Assembly: GCF_963506605.1 (NCBI RefSeq)
Contig: NC_083289.1
Span: 44,144,001-44,208,000, forward strand
Reading direction: 5' to 3'
DNA from: Zootoca vivipara
Lineage: Eukaryota
Length of the DNA stretch: 64,000 nt
Shown: positions 47,701-56,900 of the stretch, piece after piece
Position numbering within the stretch: position 1 is the first letter of the stretch
Layout: the number at the start of each line of letters is the position of its first letter
Notes under the pieces: generated by a model
What the model saw: the letters and a program-made list of their open reading frames with translations, nothing else
What the model was told of the DNA's origin: nothing
The model's database searches: none
Translations under genes and position numbers: made by a program

Positions 47701-50700
47701 ACAGTAATACTAAAAGGGAAGGGAGTTCATGATGGTTGGGAGTTTGTTAAAAGGGAGATATTAAAAGCACAACTTCAGGCAATACCAATGAGACGGAAAC
47801 ATGGAAGGTGCCTAAAGAAGCCAGGGTGGCTATCTAAAGAACTTTTAACTGAGTTAAGATTTAAAAGGGATATGTACAAAAAATGGAAAAAGGAGGAAAT
47901 CACCAGAGAGGAATTCAAACAAATAGCCAGAACGTGTAGAGACAAAGTCAGAAAAGCTAAAGCACAGAATGAACTCAGGCTTGCTAGAGAGGTAAAAAGC
48001 AACAAAAAGGGCTTTTATGGGTAGCAAAAGGAAGAACAAGGAAACAGTGGGGTTACTTAGGGGAGAAGATGGTGAACAGTTTGCCCGCTGCCCTCCCCCC
48101 AGCTGTAGGGCGGCTGAGTGGGAGGAGGCAGGCAGACTCCTCGGAGGCCCCGTGGAGCTTCCTGCCCTTATGGGCGACTCGCCCAACCCCTGGCGCCCAA
48201 GCGGCTTCCTCCGCCACTGGCCCGTCCCAGCCTTTTCTGCCACACGGAGCTGCTGTAGAGGGGGAAGAGACACTAGCTAGGAATGTGCTTACATCTCTGG
48301 CTCAGTAAATGAGAAGCCGCCGTCGCCACCCCATTCCCAATCTGCTGCCAGTTTTTCTATATGGCAACCATCCTACGGTAGATTCCCCTTTAGACACACT
48401 CACCTGCGTAGGGCTCCATTCTGTTTGCTGGCTGAGTGCAACAACGGTATCAATAGACCCCAAATCCAGCATTCCAATTTCAGTCTCATTTAGCACTGCA
48501 GCAATGTGCCCAAGGGAAACGATGTGGTAGCTTTTCCAGCTAGTCAGGGGGCCCGAAGACTTTAAAACAACAACAACATATTGGGGTTAGCCAGGAATTA
48601 TCCCAGGGCAGGAGGTGTGACACCTCACTTTTTTTAAAAAAAGAGAACTTTTTAAAAACAAATGATCATTTAAAATCAATAATGCGGCATAAAGTAAACA
48701 AAGATCGCAGCCACACATAAGGGGTAAAACAAGTAACATAAGTTTTTATAAAAAAAATTAAAACTAAAACTAAAACAATGGTTACTCCTATCTGCTGGGT
48801 TGACATATGGAACGTTAATGGAATTTATTCTAAGAATATAACAAAAAATCTACATCTTTTGAAATATCTGATGAAAACTGCTAAGAATTTAACATGTCAA
48901 TTATGCACACATGCCCCTTACTTTTATTTGATTTTTGGGGAGGTGTGTGTGTATAATTGTTTTTGCATTATGTATATATATATTTTAAAAAACCCCTGTA
49001 ATAATAAAATTAAAAACACAAAACAAAATAGTAAAAACTATTTCAGAGCTATGGCTGTCTTTTGGTTTGAGCTTAACAGTGTAGTTTTGCTAAAAATACC
49101 TGCTGTCTGAAGGATTATACATGGTTTTAGGACATTACAGAAGCAAGCACGTAGCTTCCAGCTGAGCACAGCTGGTGCATGCTAATCTTGATGGTAATTT
49201 CTATGGGCTGGAGAGATCACCCTCTAAGGATTTTTTTCACACAAAAAAAACCCTCAGCAAGCAGCTTTTGACTCATGACAGCAAATCATCGGATCAATCT
49301 TGCTGTTAAGATTGAAGTGGCTTTGGCTTGTTCTATGGTTGCAGCGTTCCTCCCCGCATGTAAATGGTGGCAGCCACTGGCTTTTTTTCTTTTCTTTCGC
49401 TGGCGTGGGAGCAGAAACTGTCAGATTCTAAGCACTGTGCAGCCCTGGGAATCTGTGGTTTCCTCGGAGGAGGAAGATTAGGACACCCCATCTAGGACCT
49501 TCACACTGCCAGTTAGAGATGGGTGAATATGTAAATGTTGGTTTCTCTCAGTTTCTCATCTTTCCAACCTTAAATCCAGCTCTCCACATTTCCGTGTTAA
49601 TTACATGGGAGTGTAATCTGTTCTGAGGCAAATCACAAATATTTTAAAAAACCGTTGGAGATGCCGGGGATTGAATTTGTGACCTTCTGCATGCAAGGCA
49701 AATGTTCCACCACTGAACTACAGCCCTCCCACATCTAGGACTCAGCTACATTAGCCATGTTACAACGCTATAACTGTGTTATAAACATGCAACACCAGAT
49801 GGCACTGTAGAGCACAAAACTTTGTCTATGCGATTCTACATGGAGTTTTTCTTTTTCTTTTGTTATAACGATTTAATTTATGACTTATTTATAGTGTGCT
49901 TTTCCCCCTGGGTGTAGATCCAGCCCTAGTTTGGCCTTAAGTCGACATTCAACCTATTGTCATAGATCTAGGATACCAGAGTCTGTTAGGGAATGGCAGA
50001 AATGAATAAATTGTAGTATTCAGATAATATTTGGGATATGGAGGGACAATACAAGCAGCAGAACTGTGCCAGACAAGAAATTCCAGGCCAGGCTAGCTAG
50101 TTGAAGAGCCATTAAGGATCACTGGGGAGCCCTAAGAGCAATTGGCAATGCAAAAAGCTATCCTTCCCTGCCTGTTCGAAGGAGTGGACAGAGACAGGAG
50201 GTTTGGGAGGCTGCCAAGATGATTGGGGGGGATGTGATGTCACAGGAAAATTTGCCCTTTTTGAAATGTAAAGGTGTTCTGGGAACAGGAAGGAGGAAGG
50301 ACCATCTTGGCACTGGCTGGAGGAGCCTGCCCCGAGAGACTGGGAGTGATGGCTGGCTGCTGCTATGGGCCCCATGAATCTTGGAGGGGAGAGACTGTGG
50401 GAGAGATTCATGAGGTCTGTGAGGGGGAATTCTGTCAGGAGGGTTCGTTCTGACGTGGTAGAGCTGAGGAGAGCCGAGAACTCTCAGTATATGCTCTAAG
50501 GTTTTGAATCGCAGAAGACTGTTAAAAATAGACAAGCCACAGTCCCACACGATGTTCACAAGAAAAAGTATCCTCAGAGGGAATACTTTGACAGGAAAGG
50601 GCAGTAGTGGTTCCGAGGCAATGAGGATTTTGGGGTCTGTAAGGGACCCAGGTGGCGCTGTGGTTAAACCACTGAGCCTAGGGCTTGCTGATCAGAAGGT

Positions 50701-53700
50701 CGGCGGTTCAAATCCCTGTGACGGGGTGAGCTCCCGTTGCTTGGTCCCAGCTCCTGCCAACCTAGCAGTTCGAAAGCACGTCAAAATGCAAGTAGATAAA
50801 TAGGAACCGCTACAGCGGGAAGGTAAACGGCGTTTCCATGTGCTGCTCTGGTTGTCATTCTGGCTACATGACCTGGAAGCTATACGCCAGCTCCCTCGGC
50901 CAATAATGCGAGATGAGCGCACAACCCCAGAGTCGGTCACGACTGGACCTAATGGTCAGGGGTCCCTTTACCTTTACCTTTAAGGGAAACAGCCCAATTA
51001 AAAACCTAAGTCCCTGAAGTGTGTGTGGAGAAATCTGATCTATGGAAGATGTGTAAAAGTAACCTTAAGCCTGAACCCCTCTGTCGCTCGTGATTCATTC
51101 TCCATTGGGGATTTCACCTAAGAGAAAGGGAAACAGAGGCCTGGTGCAGCGGTGCTAGGGAGAGAGAGGGCCAATGCGCCATTGCACCCTCCCTCCATCG
51201 AAAGCTTTAGGCATAAATATGTGTCCAATAAATCATATTTCCTAAAGACGCTAGATTCTGGGGTGCCTCGATTTTCCCAGCGGAAACACAACCCTGGGTT
51301 AGCGCTGGGAACCCCTGTGGAATCTTGCTGCTGCTCAGCAGAGATTGGGGGTATTTTATGTAACAGTATTTTATGATGCATCAAAGTGGGAATCACTCAA
51401 CCCCACTAACCACACTCAAGCTCAAGTAAATGCACATCTAAGGAGGTTTGGTTAAAAAAACAACAACAACTCTTCATAGCTACCTCCTTAGCTTTCTCTT
51501 TCAGCGCAGCAAGCTGAGAGGTATCGAAATGGACCACGGAGCCAAGGATTTCCACAGTCTTGGCGAAAGTGCCTGGATCCATGCAGGCCAGCTCTTGAGC
51601 TGACCAGAACATGTTGGCTTCTGATAATTTCATAATCTCCTCTGAGGAAGGTGCCATGACGTCTGCGCAATCTGGTACCGAAGAAGATATATTTGCAGAG
51701 AGGTTAATCACCGACACAAACTCATTGACTGTAATGCTAAGTGGTAATTAGATTGTAATGCTAATCTTTTGCAAGATTACTGCCACGTTGGGGGGGGGTG
51801 CAGCCACAACTTCCATTACAAGGCAGGTTACTGCCACAGTGCAGATGTTTCATTTGACACTTCTGTTTCTCTGGGGGGGGGGGGCTCATCACCTTAGACT
51901 TCCTGTTACAGGGCTCCATGTGCGAGAGTTTTTGCCTTGGATATCCCAAGCGCATTTGGATTTCACCTATTGCCTACATTGAATAAGTTAGGTTGAGATA
52001 GCCTTGGCCAGGAATGGGAGACCTCTGGCCCAGGGGGAAATTTGGCCCTCCAGGCTTTCCTACCTGGCCATTGGGACACTACCCAGGCCACACCATCCTA
52101 TATAATAAAGTCCTAGTGTCTCTGTGTCCAATCCCTGTGTCCGTGGGTTTGCGCTACTGCACATGTGCCCCACGGGCAGCCGTTGGGACTTGGAGCGCAG
52201 AGACACGAGGCATTCGGCTCCCTCCCTCCCTCAGTTCAGTCAATCAGTCCGCCAGTGCGGACGGGACGGTCTGCTCTGGCCGGTTGGTCGGCCGGTGTTG
52301 GATGGAGGGTCCCGTCCGCCTCACCTGCTCTCTATGGAATGTACTGGGGGCGGCTGCCGAGTGGGAGCGAGGACTCTATGGGCGCAGGCAGTGCCGCTAC
52401 TGCCGCTGAGGAAAGGTGAGAAGGAGGGAAGCCGCGGCGCTGGCGGGTGGGTTGGGGGGTGGGGGTGGGTTGGCTGTGGTGGGTGTGTTAAAAGCTGGTG
52501 AGGGGATGAAGAGAGGCCAAAGAAGTGCCAGGGCTTTGGGGAGGGAACGTGTGCGTGCGTGCGTGCGTGCGCGCGCCCTCCCTCCCTCCCACGCGAGCCA
52601 GCAAGCGAGAGGCGCGCTCGCGAGGGTTTTTACAAATGTTTGACAACATATGTTCTAGCGCCCGTTTATTTAACGGGCTCAATGACACTAGTTAAGTATA
52701 ATTGTTTAAGTGTACACTGAAATGGAAAATAACTTTGTATGTGTATTGCACAAGGTGTAACATTGTAAAAGTCCATTGAAGCCAGGCATGCCAAGTAGGA
52801 GGGGAGCTAGGGGGGCAGCCCCCCCCAAATTTCCAGGCCCCCCAATTTCAATAATGGGCTGGGCCCCCTCAAAGTTCCGTGGTGGCTGTGCACAAGTGAC
52901 ACTGCGTCATGCGCAAGGGACATCAGCACGCCATGGAGTATGCGAGCATGCTGCAGGGGGTGCTGATGTCCTGTGTGCATGCTGGGGGGGGTGCACACAT
53001 GGCATGTTGATGTCGCTCAACCCCCGGCCCCCTCAACCACAGGGGCAAGGCAGCACGAGTGATTGAAGCTAAGCAAGGGCAGCAGAGACCCTTACAATTG
53101 ATAATTAACTAAGAATGTACTTATCTCTGCTCCTCTGTCCTGAGGTGTTTAACTCACACAAAATGGAGATTTGCAACTGAGTATCTTTCTCATCTGATCT
53201 AAAGTCAGTCTTTGTTCTCCCTGTGAAAGCAACCAAGGAGGATGGTGTGCTAATGACTCCCTCTCCAGGAACACAGCTTGAGGCTGGAATGCAGGCTGTG
53301 TGCAAAAGGACAGAGCTTTGGTTTTTCAGTTCTGGATGAAGTAATTTCATATTTCTAATATGCTGTACCTGTGCTTGCCTGTACCTATGCAACTATTTGG
53401 ATGTAACGTTGTTTTGAGTGTTTTGGAACAAGTTCCGTTAGTAAAACTTTTGAACCATACTTTTTAGACTGGACAATTTTTATTTCAAGGAGAGTCAGTT
53501 TTCATTTATCCTAATGCTTCCAAAAGTGCAATATTAATAGTTACAGGTAGGTAGCCGTGTTGGTCTGAGTCGAAGCAAAATAAAAAAAAATTCTTCAGTA
53601 TCTGAAGAAGTGTGCATGCACACGAAAGCTCATACCAAAATAAAAACTTAGTTGGTCTTTAAGGTGCTACTGAAGGAATTTTTTTATTTTGCAATATTAA

Positions 53701-53891
53701 TAACTGCACTACACCCTCTCTCCAAGCCACACCCTTCACTGGTCCTGCTTTAGATTAGATTAGATTTATTTATTGTCATTGTGTAATTACAATGAAATTG
53801 GATGAATTTGTAACGTACTTCAACATTTTTGCCTGGCTGGAAACGTATCCTTACACTCTGATAATGCTTGTCTGCATGGAAGATAAAGGTG

Positions 53892-53927
<36 letters not shown>

Positions 53928-56900
53928 TGTAAAAATTGGGCTACTGTAAAAAGGTAAAATTTGCATTCCTTGCTCTACTCACTTTTGCCTCTGGTCTCAC
54001 CTATCACTTGCATATGGCCCCCAGAAGCTTGCTCTGAAGGGAATGTGGCCCTTGAGCTTAAAAAGGTTCCAAGCACTAGCGCCTACTGGGATGCATCAGC
54101 CAACATCTTTTTAAAATAAATAAATAAATCAGTTAACGTCTGTCCGAGCCCTTAGAAAAGTGTGGCTTTGCAATTTTACCTAAAAAAGAAAACAACTTTG
54201 CATTGGGCTATCTCCTGTAATAAAGTAGAACATCACAGATGCTGGTAAGGAGCCAAGTTTCCCCCCACTAAGCAAATTACAGCGAGGATGTACCAAAGAG
54301 ATTTGTACTTGGAAAGGAAGCGAAAGGAAGGATTTGCTTCAATCAAATAGAACTACAGAAGCCAGCAAAACATTCTAACAAGATTGTGTCTGCTGAGCCA
54401 ATGGAGGGAGGGTCAATAATAAACAAACAGTAAATCTGATGTCTACTAGCAAAAATCCATTCATCATCTGTCAAACGGGAATTGCTTCACATTTTTAGAA
54501 ACAAAACGGGGGTGTTACTCCACATCCTCTCTCTTTGATGTAAACAATACTCATGAAGAGGCAAGGATGGACAAATTTGTCAGTGTTGGTTTCTCACTGA
54601 CCTGCCTGCTGTCTCACCCCTCTCAGGAAGCAACAGAGCCCCACCTGCTATGAGGCCAATACTGCAGCTTCACCCCACCCGGTGAACCACTTTTCCTTGC
54701 TTTGTTTTTTTTTTTTAATGAAACCTAGTACAGTGGTACCTTGGTTCTCAAATGCCTTGGTACTCAAACAACTTGGAACCCAAACATTGCAAACCTGGAA
54801 GTAAGTGTTCCAGTCAGACTAAGTCCAGCCCAAAGGCCTGGCGGAACAGCTCTGTCTTGCAGGCCCTGCGGAAAGATGACAAATCCCGCAGGGCCCTGGT
54901 CTCCTGGGAAAGAGCGTTCCACCAAGTTGGGGCCAATACTGAAAAGGCCCTGGCCCTAGTTGAGGCCAATCTAGCCACCTTATGGCTCGGGATCTCCAGA
55001 ATGTTGTTTGTGGACCTTAAGGTCCTCCGCGGGGCATACCAGGAGAAGCGGTCCCGTAGGTACAAGGGTCCCAAGCTGCATAGGGCTTTAAAGGTCAAAA
55101 CCAGCACCTTAAACCTGATCCTGTACTCCACCGGGAGCCAGTGCAGCTGGTAAAGCACTGGATGAATGTGATCCCGCGGCCAGGACCCCGTAAGGAGCCT
55201 CGCCGCGGCATTCTGCACCCGCTGGAGTTTCTGGGTCAGCTTCAAGGGCAGCCCCGCGTAGAGCGAGTTACAATAATCAAGCCTAGAGGTGACCGTTGCA
55301 TGGATCACTGTGGCCAGATCAGGGCGAGAGAGGTAAGAGACCAACTGCTTGATACGGCGGAGATGGAAAAAATGCCACCTTAGCTGTGGCTGCAACCTGA
55401 GCCTCCATGGAAAGGGAGGCGTCGAAGGTTACACCCAAACTCTTGACAGAAGGCGCTGGCACTAATTGAGCCCCTGCAAGAGATGGGAGTTGGCCCCCCA
55501 ACCCCATGTCGTCCCGACCCAGCCAGAGGACCTCTGTCTTCAAAGGATTTAGCTTCAACTGGCTCCCACGTAGCCATCCATCCACAGCTCTTGTGGGTCT
55601 TTTTTTGTTTTTGTGACTGTGTGGAACCTAGTTCAGCTACTGATTGATTGATTGATTGTGTGACTGCAGTACATTGTTTATTGCTTTCATTTTATGGATC
55701 AATGGTCTTGTTAGATAGTAAACTCCATGTTAAATTGCTGTTTTAGGGGGGGTTGCATTACTTTCTATGGGAAACTGCGCCTTGGTTTTGGAACGCTTTG
55801 GTTTTGGAACGGACTTCCGGAACAGATTAAGTTTAAGAACCAAGGTACCACTGTATAAATATTCATTTGAGACAATAGACAAACAAAGCCAAACTCAGCA
55901 GCAGCATCTTTTTCTGCAGCACAAAGCCAGCAGTGCATTCTACCTACCAGAAGTCAAACCAGGTGTTGCCCCTGGGATGCTGGAGTTGTGGATAAATTCG
56001 AATTGAGCCAAGAGCAGCTCCTCAGTTGGCAGAACTGGCCCAGTCATCTTTGATGCTATTTCCGAGATGGTATCAGGAAACTTTAAGGAGAGGGAGGGAT
56101 AAACTAAAGATGGTCATTATTATCATGCAAGGTGCACTGGCTGAAACGACATATTCTGCCAACTATGAAAGGTGAAGGAGCCCTGTCTTCTTTTGCATTA
56201 GGCCACCCTAGATAGCAATACGCTGCAACATTTTGTTGCAGGTCCAGCTTGTCACGATTAATAGCCATGAGTTTGTTTGACCTCCTTTTAAAACCATCTA
56301 AGTCAGCCGCCACCACTACATCCAAATCCAGTGAATTCCACAAATAAATGGTGTGCTATGGGAAACAGCAACTCCTTACTGTCAATCTCAAATCTATTGG
56401 CCACTAATTTTGTTGGGTGATCCCCCACAAGTTCTAATGCAGTTCGAGGGAGAGAATGAGAGAGAGAGAGCGCTACCTCTATCCGCTCTCTTTGCACTAT
56501 GCATCATTTTATTACAATAAAAAGGCAAGTGTTTTTTTTTATTTTCAAGGCAAATGTTGCATCTTGCAAGGACTCTATATATACTACTAAGTGAACTCAT
56601 CTGAGTGTGGGTCCTTCGGAAGCCAAAATGGCACAACCGAAACACAAGTGTGTGGCAAAGGGTTGTCAAAGGTAGTATCAGTAGCCTTGGGGGAAACCCC
56701 AAGGTTTTCAGAAGTACAGGGGTGGGTGGGACTCAAACAATGAAGACAGAACTTGCTCAGTGGCTACAGAACACTGCCTGTTGGGGAAGAGGACAAAAAG
56801 TAGAGGGGAGGGGGAATGGAATGGCAGATCCTGGAAAAGGTCGTCACTGGCTAGCTGGAATTGAGAACAGAAGCAAAGCAGAATTGCACATACTTCAGCA

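Noticed and set aside
47167-48024. Domesticated endonuclease gene
   Set aside because: Interrupted upstream by a SINE and frameshifted at ~48017, with no promoter or splice context; an ordinary CR1 fragment
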